Origin: an uncultured virus (IMG/VR IMGVR_UViG_3300018083_000026)
Lineage: Duplodnaviria > Heunggongvirae > Uroviricota > Caudoviricetes
Virus record (IMG/VR): IMGVR_UViG_3300018083_000026
DNA length: 64,000 nt
Reading direction: 5' to 3' (one strand)
Of this stretch, positions 9,957 to 19,417 are shown piece after piece. Positions within the stretch are counted from its first letter, which is position 1; every line of letters starts with the position of its first letter. The notes below the pieces were generated by a model. It searched no databases. It was not told the DNA's origin and saw nothing but the letters and a program-made list of their open reading frames with translations. The position numbers and the translations under genes were made by a program.

Positions 9957-10328
9957 TTATCTCGCGGTCCCCTCGTGAATGACTTGTCCCACCGGAGCAA
10001 TGCCTTCACCAGACTCCACTCCACTGTAGAGATTGGTGGCTGTGATCCCGCGCCACAATCCCGGGTGAGCAAAGAACTCTGCCGAGAGTGCGTGGACGTT
10101 GGTGATGATTTTGCAAGAGCACAAGTCCCGCTTGTTATCGTTGTCGGGAAATTCCCGCACGTTGAAAGAGATACCATTCGTTTCCCACCCCGAGTAATAA
10201 TGCCATTGCATTGTGACCCGATGCCAGCCGGGCGGGACCGTGGGCTCGGAGAACTTGGAGAGCTTGGCTGGACCCGCCAGCAATGCTCCCGTTAAACAGA
10301 CCACCGACAAACCAATATTTAGTTTCAT
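9957..10328 (-). CDS. Secreted protein, possibly FN3-like
   Basis: Hydrophobic signal peptide; V...W and ATN..GVES pattern. Confidence 0.5.
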   Translation of the reverse strand: MKLNIGLSVVCLTGALLAGPAKLSKFSEPTVPPGWHRVTMQWHYYSGWETNGISFNVREFPDNDNKRDLCSCKIITNVHALSAEFFAHPGLWRGITATNLYSGVESGEGIAPVGQVIHEGTAR

Positions 10329-10329
10329 A

Positions 10330-10467
10330 TTATGAGTGATAGGAATTAAGCGGGCGGTGAGGCTTTACACCTTGTTCTACCCGTTTGTGTTTCATTAAAT
10401 GTTCAGCAAAGCGGAACGCCGTGCTAAACCTACTCTGACACTTCGGACAAATTATTGGCTTCTTCAC
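10330..10467 (-). CDS. 45-aa C2H2 zinc-finger protein (not in ORF track)
   Basis: GTG start; MKKPIICPKCQSRFSTAFRFAEHLMKHKRVEQGVKPHRPLNSYHS fills the gap after terL. Confidence 0.65.
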   Translation of the reverse strand: MKKPIICPKCQSRFSTAFRFAEHLMKHKRVEQGVKPHRPLNSYHS

Positions 10468-10472
10468 ACCTA

Positions 10473-11909
10473 TTATAATCTCATTCCGCCCATCTTCCGC
10501 TTCTTGCGGGCAAGCCGGTTGAAGGCTGAACTGCTCGCGTCCACCTGGTCCTTATACTTGGAATGCGGGAAGAATCGCAGCTCTTCTATATAGTCTCGGG
10601 TCCAATTGCGCTTAAGCACGTGGACGGTCCCTCCGCCCACTTGCGAGCTGAGAGCATAAGCCCTCGCCTCCTTGTCCCCGGTCGGGTGATAAGTTATGAT
10701 TCGGAAGCCCGCGAGGTTCCGGACCGTGTTCTCGCCCGACTCCTTTCCTCCGCTCCCGCCTTCAATCTCCACTAAGATTTCGACCGAGTGTCCGTCTATC
10801 TCTGCCGTATTCTTAATCATCGCCTCCCGCTTCGTGCTTCCCCACTGTCCCCGCTCCACATGCAGAATCCAAAAATCACCTGTCTTGTCTACAGACATCA
10901 GCACACCCACCGACCAGGCTCCTCCATCCTCGGTGCCCGCTTTGTCCCACGAGCGGCAGTAGCGAACCATATCTTTGACGGCGTAGTCGTCCTCCAGAAT
11001 AAGCTTGTTGGTCTTGAACATTCCTCCGCCTAAGGGCACCGGGTCCTGGAGGATCTGCGAAGCGTATCCGTATTCACCTAGCTCCGACTTAGTTTCATCT
11101 AGGACTGCCCGGCTCAAGCGCACCGGGTCCAACAATCCATCGACATACTGCTCCGCGAGTTCCGGCGGCGACACCTTGTCCGTAAGCTCTCCCGGCAGGC
11201 AGATATGCCTAATGCGGTCACTTTGCCGGGCGAGCTTCTCCCCCGAGGGATCGGCTTGGTGGAGCCGTTGCTGAACCAAGATGGTGATGGTGATTTCCTT
11301 GTCCACCTTGCGAAGCGGGAGAGTTGTCTCCATCCAGCGGTTCGAAGACTTAAGCTCGGCTTCGCTGTAGGACTCCTCGGGGTTGATAGGATCGTCCACG
11401 AGCAGGAAGTGGCCGTGGAAGCCCGTCACTAAACCGCCCACGCCCACGGACAGCCGGAACCCGCCCTGGGTGTTCACGAACAGGCCTTTGCGGTTTTCGT
11501 CCTCGCGCAGCTGGAGCGGCCAGAGCTTTTGATAAAGCTCGCTCTGCACGACGTCGCGAGTCTTCAAGCTGTCCTTCAGTGAAACCTCCTTCGCATAGGA
11601 GGCACAAATGAATTTGGCCGACGGGAAGTAAGTCCACACCCACGCGGGGAACATTTGGCTAACGATAGTTGACTTCGTAGTCCCGGGCGGAATGTTGATC
11701 ACTATATCCTTGTCGCGCGGCTCCCCACGAAACACTTTCAAAGCGACCGTTTGCAGCTCGTCGCACAAGTATTCGATATGCCAATTAGGAACAAGTTCCT
11801 CCGCCGAAACAATATGCCAGAACTCGAGGAAGAATTGATAGAAAGAGTCCTTGCAGATGGAAGCCTGCAAGGACTCTTCACTAAACCGTATCCCCGTCTC
11901 TAATAGCAT
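10473..11909 (-). CDS. terL: Terminase large subunit
   Basis: NIPPGTTKS Walker A, LLVDDP Walker B, QRLH..D, RSWDKA, DQVDA. Confidence 0.95.
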   Translation of the reverse strand: MLLETGIRFSEESLQASICKDSFYQFFLEFWHIVSAEELVPNWHIEYLCDELQTVALKVFRGEPRDKDIVINIPPGTTKSTIVSQMFPAWVWTYFPSAKFICASYAKEVSLKDSLKTRDVVQSELYQKLWPLQLREDENRKGLFVNTQGGFRLSVGVGGLVTGFHGHFLLVDDPINPEESYSEAELKSSNRWMETTLPLRKVDKEITITILVQQRLHQADPSGEKLARQSDRIRHICLPGELTDKVSPPELAEQYVDGLLDPVRLSRAVLDETKSELGEYGYASQILQDPVPLGGGMFKTNKLILEDDYAVKDMVRYCRSWDKAGTEDGGAWSVGVLMSVDKTGDFWILHVERGQWGSTKREAMIKNTAEIDGHSVEILVEIEGGSGGKESGENTVRNLAGFRIITYHPTGDKEARAYALSSQVGGGTVHVLKRNWTRDYIEELRFFPHSKYKDQVDASSSAFNRLARKKRKMGGMRL

Positions 11910-12135
11910 TCTCCCCGGACACTACGGCCACGGGCTCCAGGAAGTCCATATGATAGTATTGGCAAGCCTTGTGCCCATCAAAAAGGACTCTCACACTTTG
12001 AAGGTCCCGGGAATAACCCTTCACTGTGGCGATGTGAGGGCAAGTAATTCGGGCGTTGGTCCGGGGCCATAACAACTTAGCCCGTGCAGTGAACTGGACC
12101 CGCTGTCCCAGAGCAAACTTTTCTCGTGCATTCAT
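11881..12135 (-). CDS. Small SH3/KOW-like hypothetical protein
   Basis: KFALGQRV...YHMDFLEP. Confidence 0.5.
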   Translation of the reverse strand: MNAREKFALGQRVQFTARAKLLWPRTNARITCPHIATVKGYSRDLQSVRVLFDGHKACQYYHMDFLEPVAVVSGENAIRDGDTV

Positions 12136-12300
12136 ACGTCTGTTATCACTTGAACCACTCCCATATCGCTGCGAAGCACCACAGCATGCCGGCACCCACC
12201 GCCCAGCCCTGGAGACCGTGGCACTCCGCAAGCAGCATCCCAAACGCCATCCCCGTTAACACGAACCCCACTCCCATCCCGCCTAAGATGAAAAAGGTTT

Positions 12301-12528
12301 TCACTGCGGCAACTCAAGCATTCCTGTCATCTGCGGCTTGCGTCCGTTCAGGCGGGCGCACTCCATCGCGAGCTTGAGGTGTGAGAGTCGAGTGTTGCCG
12401 ATCGTCGCAGTGGCACGAGCAGCGGCCACCTTCTCCTTCGTGGGCTTATTCTTGGGGCGGAGGCATTCTATATGTTCGTCGAACACATTGAGAAGGCTGA
12501 TCATTGGCTGTGGTGATGTTGCTTTCAT
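12301..12528 (-). CDS. Hypothetical protein
   Basis: Helical ORF paired with the upstream K/R-rich gene. Confidence 0.55.
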   Translation of the reverse strand: MKATSPQPMISLLNVFDEHIECLRPKNKPTKEKVAAARATATIGNTRLSHLKLAMECARLNGRKPQMTGMLELPQ

Positions 12529-12537
12529 GTTTTTCTT

Positions 12538-13224
12538 TCAGTTGTTTTTGTTTTTGTTTTTGTTCTGCGTTGAAGTTATTATCTGCCGGACGGCCCGCTT
12601 GAGCTTAATTATTCCACGAGCAAATACTATCAATGACGTAGAGGTCTGCTCCCCTGCCTTGAGTCGAAGAATAGATTTCTTGATGTAGCTGTCCGACATC
12701 TTCTTTGTTTGGGTATTTCCAAAAATCCGAGATTTTTCATTAAGTTTCTCCCTATTCCTTTCGCGGTAAGCCCGCGTCGTTTTCAGGTGCCGCTCTCTGT
12801 TCTCCACCCTCCATTTCCTTTTCAAAGTAATCACATGCTCCTTATTCTTTGAATACCACCCTCTCTTTTGTTCCCTAATGTGGTCCCTATTCTTCTTGTA
12901 ACTTCGACGCCTCCACGCGAGGTAGTGCTTTCTGGTCCTGTCCCTATATGCTTTCGCTTTCGCCTTCTCCATAGGAGTGCGGCGCTTGGCTCTCTTGAGT
13001 ATGAGAAGCCGTTCACGATTCACCTTGTAATAATCTTTATTACAATTAGGGTTTTTCTGAAAGTATTCTTTTCGTGCTTTCAGCATCTTTTTACGATTGC
13101 TCCAATAGTATTCCTTATTTCTCTTTTTATATAATCGAGGGTGCTTGAGGCGCCAAGCACGGGCTCGCTTCCCCAATTCTGAAAGAAGATGTTCTGGTAA
13201 CACATGCTGAACACGATGGGCCAT
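12538..13224 (-). CDS. Lys/Arg-rich helical repeat protein, AT-rich
   Basis: Repeated Y..N(R/K)E units; visibly lower GC than flanks. Confidence 0.65.
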   Translation of the reverse strand: MAHRVQHVLPEHLLSELGKRARAWRLKHPRLYKKRNKEYYWSNRKKMLKARKEYFQKNPNCNKDYYKVNRERLLILKRAKRRTPMEKAKAKAYRDRTRKHYLAWRRRSYKKNRDHIREQKRGWYSKNKEHVITLKRKWRVENRERHLKTTRAYRERNREKLNEKSRIFGNTQTKKMSDSYIKKSILRLKAGEQTSTSLIVFARGIIKLKRAVRQIITSTQNKNKNKNN

Positions 13225-13346
13225 AATAATAATTACCTCTTCTTCTGCTTGATGTCGTTATTCATGGCCTCCCACCCGTCACTCTCTGATATTCCGCGTA
13301 GGCAGCTTGGAGGTTCATTCCCTTTTCGCAGCATCGATACCCAAAC

Positions 13347-13721
13347 TCAAATGTGGAGAACTGGGCCATGTCGAGGGGCGGGCACGTCCCGCAAGTCCTG
13401 GGGCTGGAAGTGCCCGCGCCCTTTGCGGCTGTCCTCGTATTGTTGCATGAATGGAGCCTCAGCAAAATGCACCTCTACCAAGTAGGCATCCTTGTCCACC
13501 ACCGTGCCTTGCAGTCCAACAAGCGGGCCGCTCATTACCTCCACCCGCTGCCCGTATTCAAAGTCGTCTGTTGTCCAACAGATATGGTTCTTTGGTATTC
13601 CGGGCGGAACTTTAGGATTGCACTTGGGACAGGTTCCATCCGGACGGACAGTGGTATGCAAGCCCTTGCTCCAACAAGTGACGCAACTATTATGTGGATT
13701 ATTCTTTGGCATAATCATCAC
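13347..13721 (-). CDS. Zn-ribbon plus KOW domain protein
   Basis: CVTC...CPKC; GQRVEVMSGPLVGLQGTV. Confidence 0.65.
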   Translation of the reverse strand: MMIMPKNNPHNSCVTCWSKGLHTTVRPDGTCPKCNPKVPPGIPKNHICWTTDDFEYGQRVEVMSGPLVGLQGTVVDKDAYLVEVHFAEAPFMQQYEDSRKGRGHFQPQDLRDVPAPRHGPVLHI

Positions 13722-13906
13722 CTCTTCTTCTGCTCGATCAGTTGTTTAGCGGAGTCAAATAAACAAGCGGTCTTTCCCATGTCTTCGAATCTGTCCCGAA
13801 CCACCATAGTCGATGCAAGCATCTGTTGGGCCACGGGCTTTGGGACCCGCCGGAGCAGGTTGAGGAATTCGTTCCCGCTCATCTCCATTGTAATTTTGAT
13901 TCGCAT
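13718..13906 (-). CDS. Hypothetical protein (MRIKITME...)
   Basis: Fills gap with coupled start/stop codons. Confidence 0.45.
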   Translation of the reverse strand: MRIKITMEMSGNEFLNLLRRVPKPVAQQMLASTMVVRDRFEDMGKTACLFDSAKQLIEQKKR

Positions 13907-13907
13907 A

Positions 13908-14141
13908 TTAAACTTTCTTCTTGTTGTCGAGGATGCTTTCAATCGCTCTAACTTTGGCCTCGTAGGCGTTGGAGGCGTTGACTTCCTTGCGAAACCCGTC
14001 CGCCTCCACCAGCCAGAAGTTACCCCCACCACTCCGCAAGGCAGTGAGGCGCTTCGGCAGTTTGATTCGGGCCCGACGGGCCTCTTCCCGGACTCCCCGC
14101 AGAAGTAACTGACTGAACTGAATGTTAATGTCGATTGGCAT
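13908..14141 (-). CDS. Hypothetical protein
   Basis: GATAAT-N6-ATG start. Confidence 0.55.
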   Translation of the reverse strand: MPIDINIQFSQLLLRGVREEARRARIKLPKRLTALRSGGGNFWLVEADGFRKEVNASNAYEAKVRAIESILDNKKKV

Positions 14142-14165
14142 ATTAGTATTATCTTGTTGACTGAA

Positions 14166-15377
14166 TTAAACGAGCTTGCCCCGGGTGATGAGTGTCTGCG
14201 GAGCGCCGTTGAACGTCCCATGCTCCTTCACGGTTGCCTTGATAGAAACTGCCTCGCCCACACTGGCCACAGACTTGCTGGCGAACCAAGTAACCTGGTT
14301 GCCGTCCTTGTCCTCGAAGCGGGTGATGTAAGTCGTGCCGTAGTCGCCCTCGCGAGTTATGACCCCGGTGCAAGTCAGCTGAAACACTTCCCGCACACCC
14401 ACGGTCCCGATGTGCTTCATCATCGCCTTGCGGGCTTCGAAGGCTGCCTTCTGGTCAGCATTGCGGAGGAACTGGCCGGCGTAGGCTATCAAGCTCGCCT
14501 TGCGCTCCGGGATCAACTCAAAGTTCACCGCATACACAAGCGCCTGGGCAAACTCGTCACCCTCGGGCGCCTCGTAGTTCCGCAAGCGTTCGATAATCGC
14601 GTCCGCTGCGGCCCACGCCGGGTCCTGCGGGTTCTCGAGTGCTGCCCAGATTCCCACCTTAGTTTCCGGGATGGGGGAAGTAGCTGCACGAGCTGCCTTG
14701 CGATGCGTGCCCTCGGCAATAAGCTGCCCATAGTCGTCCTTTTGATTGTAAGTCCAGCCGGAAGTGCGGAACATATACTCCGCAGCGGCGAGGACCCGGC
14801 GAACGCTCACCACGGGGAGAGTGCGGGAGCCGCCTTCGGACGGCCAAATCTCGTCTTCGCCACCCGCATTGAACATACTGACTACAAGGTCCAAAAACTC
14901 GAGCTTGAGGAGACCATCGTGTCCAATATAATCTGCGAAGCACGTCCGGCCGACTTGCATCTCGCGGGCGTCGTCCTTGTTGCGGATGATATAAACGAAG
15001 TTGCGCTTGCGGGCCGCGTGGCAATGATCGCAGTGGGAGGGGTTGGCCGCTGTCCACTTGGCCAAGTCCAAACCCTTCACCGAGCTGTCCACGAACGTGG
15101 AGCCGTCCTCGAGGCGCTCAATCTTGCCCAAGAGGGTCCAGCGATACTGCTCGGTGGACGGGAGGACGAGGTCATACTCGGTCACTTCCACGGGGATCAC
15201 GGCGGAATGCTCCCGGGTCTCGCCGTCCAACGTTTCCACAACGATGCGGGTCTGCTCCACCGTCTTGCGGCCCAGGTTGGTGTAGGTCAGCGGGGCAAAT
15301 CCGACGCGGGTGGCCTTCTTGTTCAGGCGGGCGATTTCCTTTTCGAACGCCCAGGTTTTGCTCACGAGTATCTTCAT
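14166..15377 (-). CDS. Conserved phage protein with Zn site and C-terminal OB-fold
   Basis: CDHC...R.R, VGRTC; C-terminal IKATVKEH...QTLITR; start set by upstream motif. Confidence 0.7.
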   Translation of the reverse strand: MKILVSKTWAFEKEIARLNKKATRVGFAPLTYTNLGRKTVEQTRIVVETLDGETREHSAVIPVEVTEYDLVLPSTEQYRWTLLGKIERLEDGSTFVDSSVKGLDLAKWTAANPSHCDHCHAARKRNFVYIIRNKDDAREMQVGRTCFADYIGHDGLLKLEFLDLVVSMFNAGGEDEIWPSEGGSRTLPVVSVRRVLAAAEYMFRTSGWTYNQKDDYGQLIAEGTHRKAARAATSPIPETKVGIWAALENPQDPAWAAADAIIERLRNYEAPEGDEFAQALVYAVNFELIPERKASLIAYAGQFLRNADQKAAFEARKAMMKHIGTVGVREVFQLTCTGVITREGDYGTTYITRFEDKDGNQVTWFASKSVASVGEAVSIKATVKEHGTFNGAPQTLITRGKLV

Positions 15378-15396
15378 ATGAGTATTGATAAGCAGG

Positions 15397-15753
15397 TTAC
15401 TGGCCCACGAGCTGGCACTCGCCGAACAAGTAATGGTAACCATTTACGTCCTGGGATTGGATTGTGTAGTCATAGCTCTTGAAACAATAGGACCGGACCT
15501 GGGCCTTCTGAACCCACGTTCCATAGTCCTCCTCCGGAGTCGTGATGGTCAACGTGGTCCCGTCGAACGTGTGAGGAACCGAGATGCTAGCAATGTCGCG
15601 CTCATTCCAAGCAAGTCCACCCCGCACGAACCGCCCGGAGCCGTCCACCTCGGCAAAGCAGCGAGAGACTTCCACAATCGTCCCGATAACGTTGCGGTTG
15701 CGCCGGCGCGAAGCTGCTTTGACTTTCTGTCCCACTTCGAATTTTGGTTTCAT
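15397..15753 (-). CDS. Hypothetical early protein (SH3-like)
   Basis: KFEVGQKV; start follows repeat motif. Confidence 0.65.
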   Translation of the reverse strand: MKPKFEVGQKVKAASRRRNRNVIGTIVEVSRCFAEVDGSGRFVRGGLAWNERDIASISVPHTFDGTTLTITTPEEDYGTWVQKAQVRSYCFKSYDYTIQSQDVNGYHYLFGECQLVGQ

Positions 15754-15790
15754 ATACGTATTGATAAGCCGGTGTCGTGCCCGGGCGGGT

Positions 15791-16039
15791 TCAGGCTAAG
15801 CTCTTGCAGCAAGGCGCAAAGTGAATCTCGTTCAAGCCGTCGTCCGCCGTCATGCTGCCCTCGTTTATCATGTCTGCCCAGATGCTGGCGGACACGGACA
15901 GGGCCGTCGCATGTTCCTCGACGCAAAAGTGCTCGCGCAGCTTCTCGAGCTTCTGGCAGTCCGCACAATCGGCCGCATGGACGACGAACTGGCCTTTGGA
16001 CTGGTCGCGTAGGTTTGCTCCGAATATTTTAAGTTTCAT
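15791..16039 (-). CDS. Hypothetical early protein
   Basis: Start follows repeat motif; HxxxCxD and FAPC. Confidence 0.65.
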   Translation of the reverse strand: MKLKIFGANLRDQSKGQFVVHAADCADCQKLEKLREHFCVEEHATALSVSASIWADMINEGSMTADDGLNEIHFAPCCKSLA

Positions 16040-16067
16040 ATGGGTATTGATAAGCCGGTGTCGTGCC

Positions 16068-16244
16068 CTATTTAATCGTGGTGAACGCTAGGCCCCGGGC
16101 GGACGCGTCCACATCATTTTCCTTCAGCCACATACTGACCGCGTTCCGCTCCTGCTTGCGAGCCTCCGCCAGCGACCGGGCGAGGACTGTGAATTCGACC
16201 GTGGTGTAACCGAGTGCGCTGACTGTGATGATATATTGTTTCAT
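16068..16244 (-). CDS. 58-aa hypothetical early protein (MKQYIITV...), not in ORF track
   Basis: Start follows repeat motif; stop codon overlaps the next motif. Confidence 0.6.
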   Translation of the reverse strand: MKQYIITVSALGYTTVEFTVLARSLAEARKQERNAVSMWLKENDVDASARGLAFTTIK

Positions 16245-16272
16245 ATGGATATTGATAAGCAGATGGTAGGCC

Positions 16273-16467
16273 CTAGCGGCTCCGAAAGTTTTGGCGGACT
16301 GCCTTCGCTAAGGCTACCGCAATCACCCGAGTAGCTTCTAAACGAGCTTGGCATCGCGGGTCCATGCAAGCACGGTAATGTGCCACCCGCTGCTTGAAAC
16401 TGTGGATGGCTCGTGCCTCATCGCACATGGGCGTGGACGCCGGAGGGATTGAAATCTTGTCGATCAT
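16273..16467 (-). CDS. Hypothetical early protein
   Basis: Follows repeat motif. Confidence 0.5.
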   Translation of the reverse strand: MIDKISIPPASTPMCDEARAIHSFKQRVAHYRACMDPRCQARLEATRVIAVALAKAVRQNFRSR

Positions 16468-16492
16468 ATTGATAAGCCAGTGCCATACCCAA

Positions 16493-16738
16493 CTAAGATA
16501 TAATAAACAGTTCCGGGCCCTTGCGGGAAGTGTCGGAGTCATTGTCCACTGCTAAGCCGCTGTCCGAATAAGCGGATTCACGAGTGGACCGACGCTCTAC
16601 TTCACCCCGGAGCAAGTGAACTTGCTGCGTGTGGGAATGGTCCCCGTAATCAGAGGCGAACGCTACCTGAGTATCGGGTGGGAGCTCTTGCAATGCTTCG
16701 ATGAGCTCCTGAGCTGTGACGGATGTAATGTTTTTCAT
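16493..16738 (-). CDS. Hypothetical early protein
   Basis: TAQELIEALQELPPD pattern; follows repeat motif. Confidence 0.65.
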   Translation of the reverse strand: MKNITSVTAQELIEALQELPPDTQVAFASDYGDHSHTQQVHLLRGEVERRSTRESAYSDSGLAVDNDSDTSRKGPELFIIS

Positions 16739-16772
16739 ATGGATATTGATAAGCAGGTTACTGGCCCGATGC

Positions 16773-16943
16773 TCAGCGACCCAGGCGGGTGGCTAACTCT
16801 TTGCGTTGGAGCCGGAGCAACACGAGCTGGCTCGGCGTTGGTCCACTGGTCCTGGACAACTGGGCCTCGGCTAGGGCAATGATGCGGTCGATCTCGTTTA
16901 GCAGCTGACTTTGTTTTAAGTTCATGCCCATATACTCCGTCAT
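16773..16943 (-). CDS. Hypothetical early protein
   Basis: Between two repeat motifs. Confidence 0.4.
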   Translation of the reverse strand: MTEYMGMNLKQSQLLNEIDRIIALAEAQLSRTSGPTPSQLVLLRLQRKELATRLGR

Positions 16944-17012
16944 CCTGTTCAAGTTGTCCAAACAAATCTTGATAAATCGTCTAGTGCCTATCAGCAAGTA
17001 GCAGGCCCAGGA

Positions 17013-17432
17013 CTACAAGGCACGAACTTCGACGTCGATACACTTGAACTTTTCCCCGCTATACAACTGGACTCCCTTTTGGGCGTTCCTCAAGGACATA
17101 GACCACTGAAGGACAGTGAGCTTTCCGAGACCCGCAGCGATGCTTTGCTCCAACTGTTCACAACGTTCACGGACTTGGCGCCAGATGCTGGCCTGGACAT
17201 CGGTGGTCCATCCCGCGTCCAACGCTATCTGCTGGCATGTCTTGTTACTGCCAATCCCTTCGATCAGCCCCTTATAATATTCCGCGTTCGAGCGATCGAT
17301 GGAGTTAGGCTGGCTATACTCCCGGCGGAGGCGGGCAATGTCCTTACGGCCGATGACTACATGGGTATAGACGCGGTTGGAGGAACGAGTGTGAATAACA
17401 CCCTCGAGAGTGTAGGAAAACTTGTTCTTCAT
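17013..17432 (-). CDS. Hypothetical early protein
   Basis: TRSSNRVYTH; start follows repeat motif. Confidence 0.65.
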   Translation of the reverse strand: MKNKFSYTLEGVIHTRSSNRVYTHVVIGRKDIARLRREYSQPNSIDRSNAEYYKGLIEGIGSNKTCQQIALDAGWTTDVQASIWRQVRERCEQLEQSIAAGLGKLTVLQWSMSLRNAQKGVQLYSGEKFKCIDVEVRAL

Positions 17433-17453
17433 ATGGGTATGTATCAGCAAGTG

Positions 17454-17615
17454 TTAGACCCGAGCTTGCCGAGCTTCTTCCCGGGCTTCCTGTTCGAGGA
17501 AACGGCGGGCGTAAAGGCTGTTCGATCGCTCCCAATCCCGGCGGGCCTGGGCGACTACACTCCGGCGGTAGAGATACTGCTCATCGCGGGCTTCGTTTCG
17601 TTCTTGTTCAGTCAT
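17454..17615 (-). CDS. 53-aa charged helical protein (MTEQERNE...), not in ORF track
   Basis: Start follows repeat motif. Confidence 0.55.
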   Translation of the reverse strand: MTEQERNEARDEQYLYRRSVVAQARRDWERSNSLYARRFLEQEAREEARQARV

Positions 17616-17855
17616 GACAGCATATAAGCAGGTGATAGGCCCACTAGTTCAAGCTTGCCCGGATTGCCAATGGTCCATCTACAAGCCAAGTGCCCTGGAC
17701 AAAAGGGAGAAAGATGGACCATGGGGTCACGGGCCCCCTCCGACCCCTATCAGCAGAATCCAGGCCCACGTCCGGTCCACCAACGGTCCACCTGCCCTGG
17801 ACAGGCGCCCACAAACGGGATGAGCCAATACGAGCGCGGAACAGGCTTAGCACGT

Positions 17856-17886
17856 AAAAGGGTCATATCAGCGATATGACCCTTTT
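17856..17886. terminator. Bidirectional-type intrinsic terminator downstream of queC
   Basis: AAAAGGGTCATATC-agc-GATATGACCCTTTT perfect inverted repeat. Confidence 0.75.
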
Positions 17887-17910
17887 TGACCCAAGGAACA
17901 GGAGTCGCAC

Positions 17911-18615
17911 CTAAACGTGCCAGCCCTGCTCCACAAGCAACTCAGTCGGAGGCGCGTCCGGAGCATAGCGGGTAGGGTCGCCCACACCCGCCAGCCAAAA
18001 AGCTTCCCGGCGTTCAATGCACGTCCCGCAGCGGCCACAGTGGGACGTAGAACCCACGTAACATGACCAAGTGCATTGAAACTTCACTCCCAGCTTATCT
18101 CCCAGCTGCACAATCCCGGACTTGGAATAGTTAATGAAGGGGCGGAGCAACTCGATTTGCTTCCAGTCGCATAGGTTGGCCACAACTTGCATTGCGTCCG
18201 CAAACTCCGGCCGGCAGTCCGGGTAAATCGCGTGGTCGCCCGCGTGGGCGGCATAGGCAACGCTATCGCATCCGTAGGCGATAGCGTGCCCAATTGCTAC
18301 TGCCAACAGAATCATGTTGCGATTAGGAACGACAGTGGCCTTCATATTCTCCTGAGTGTAGTGGCCCGTCGGCACGGGAATGCGGGTATCCGTTTGCGAG
18401 CTGCCGGGGAGGAGAGCGCCCAGCGTCCACAAGTCCGCATTAGTGTAGGGTATGCTTAAGGACGTTGCTTGAATCTGAGCGCACTCGAGCTCGCGCCGAT
18501 GACGCTGGCCATAATCGAAGGAGATGGCCCGCAACTCGGTGCCTTCCTTTTTGAGGTAGTGGGCGAGGACGGTGGAATCCATCCCGCCGGACAATAGAAC
18601 GACAGTTTTTCTCAT
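17911..18615 (-). CDS. queC: 7-cyano-7-deazaguanine synthase
   Basis: SGGMDS, FDYGQRH, VPNRN, YPDCR, TWSCY, CGRCGTC. Confidence 0.96.
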   Translation of the reverse strand: MRKTVVLLSGGMDSTVLAHYLKKEGTELRAISFDYGQRHRRELECAQIQATSLSIPYTNADLWTLGALLPGSSQTDTRIPVPTGHYTQENMKATVVPNRNMILLAVAIGHAIAYGCDSVAYAAHAGDHAIYPDCRPEFADAMQVVANLCDWKQIELLRPFINYSKSGIVQLGDKLGVKFQCTWSCYVGSTSHCGRCGTCIERREAFWLAGVGDPTRYAPDAPPTELLVEQGWHV

Positions 18616-18622
18616 ATGCTTA

Positions 18623-19390
18623 TTATCTTCCGTTCCCGCTAGTTGATACTGCCAAGCGGCGCGGCTCCGGCGCCTCCACGTCGATAGGCGGATTTGCTTC
18701 GCGTTCCTTGTGCCGGCGGATAGCCGCAAGAATCTCCTGCCGGGTCGCCAGCGGTAAATCTAGCTCCTCCAGGGAGAAGCCCATGCCTACTTGCCCGGAA
18801 TGCTCCACCTGCACCTTCTCCGTATATCCGCGGTCACTATTGATTGTGCGGTTTACAAAGAGCACGGCGGCGGGATGGCGCTGCTCCACTAAGTCCAGCA
18901 GGGCGTTCTCAAAAAAGTTCTTTTTGTGCCATTGGATTTCCTCTACGAGCTGCCGGAAGGCTAAGTCTTTGCGCCATTCCTCCAAGCAATTACGGGATAC
19001 CGCCACCATACGGCAGGCAGTGGAAAGGTTAAAATTGCTAGTCACCAGCGCGTGGAGCCACAGCTCTTGCCGCAGTTGTTTAGTTTGGCCTGACAGTATG
19101 TGTTCTATCTTTTCGTAAGCATTGTCGGAATCATTCCAAAATTGAAGTTGATCCCAGAGCTTTCGACAGGCCGGTGAGAGTTGTTGATAGACATACCCGC
19201 TAAAGGTTTCGCGGTGGCCGCGCCGGGTTTCGGCTAGCTCTTTTGCCTCTTTTAATTCCGGATGGGCTTCCAAACGCTTTTGGAGAACAGCGGATGATAT
19301 CTCTAGAGCGGCGGCCACCTTGGCTGGTTCCGGGTCCCGCAGCCAAGCGTCATACCAATCTAATATGAAGCGTAAAGAAAGCTTTTTCAT
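18623..19390 (-). CDS. Putative terminase small subunit
   Basis: HTH-like segments; AVLF..RT...DRGYTEKVQVEHSG tail. Confidence 0.6.
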   Translation of the reverse strand: MKKLSLRFILDWYDAWLRDPEPAKVAAALEISSAVLQKRLEAHPELKEAKELAETRRGHRETFSGYVYQQLSPACRKLWDQLQFWNDSDNAYEKIEHILSGQTKQLRQELWLHALVTSNFNLSTACRMVAVSRNCLEEWRKDLAFRQLVEEIQWHKKNFFENALLDLVEQRHPAAVLFVNRTINSDRGYTEKVQVEHSGQVGMGFSLEELDLPLATRQEILAAIRRHKEREANPPIDVEAPEPRRLAVSTSGNGR

Positions 19391-19417
19391 ATCATAAAGC
19401 TAAGATATGAGGGGAGA

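Larger units (their letters stand above)
15391..17767 (-). promoter_or_regulatory. Cluster of 10 sigma54-like promoters (GG-N10-GC)
   Basis: Copies at 15391-15406, 15767-15782, 16053-16068, 16258-16273, 16475-16490, 16752-16767, 16993-17008, 17446-17461, 17627-17642, 17752-17767; e.g. GGGCCAGTAACCTGCTTATCAATATCCATATG. Confidence 0.75.

Noticed and set aside
14154..15482. Long antisense ORFs (also 4517-5392, 5338-6231, 29672-30403, 38577-39155)
   Set aside because: Shadow frames of well-supported genes on the opposite strand
15375..17767. Dispersed repeats as a CRISPR array or integron attC sites
   Set aside because: Repeats are degenerate, non-palindromic, separated by whole genes and fixed relative to start codons; no cas or integrase gene seen
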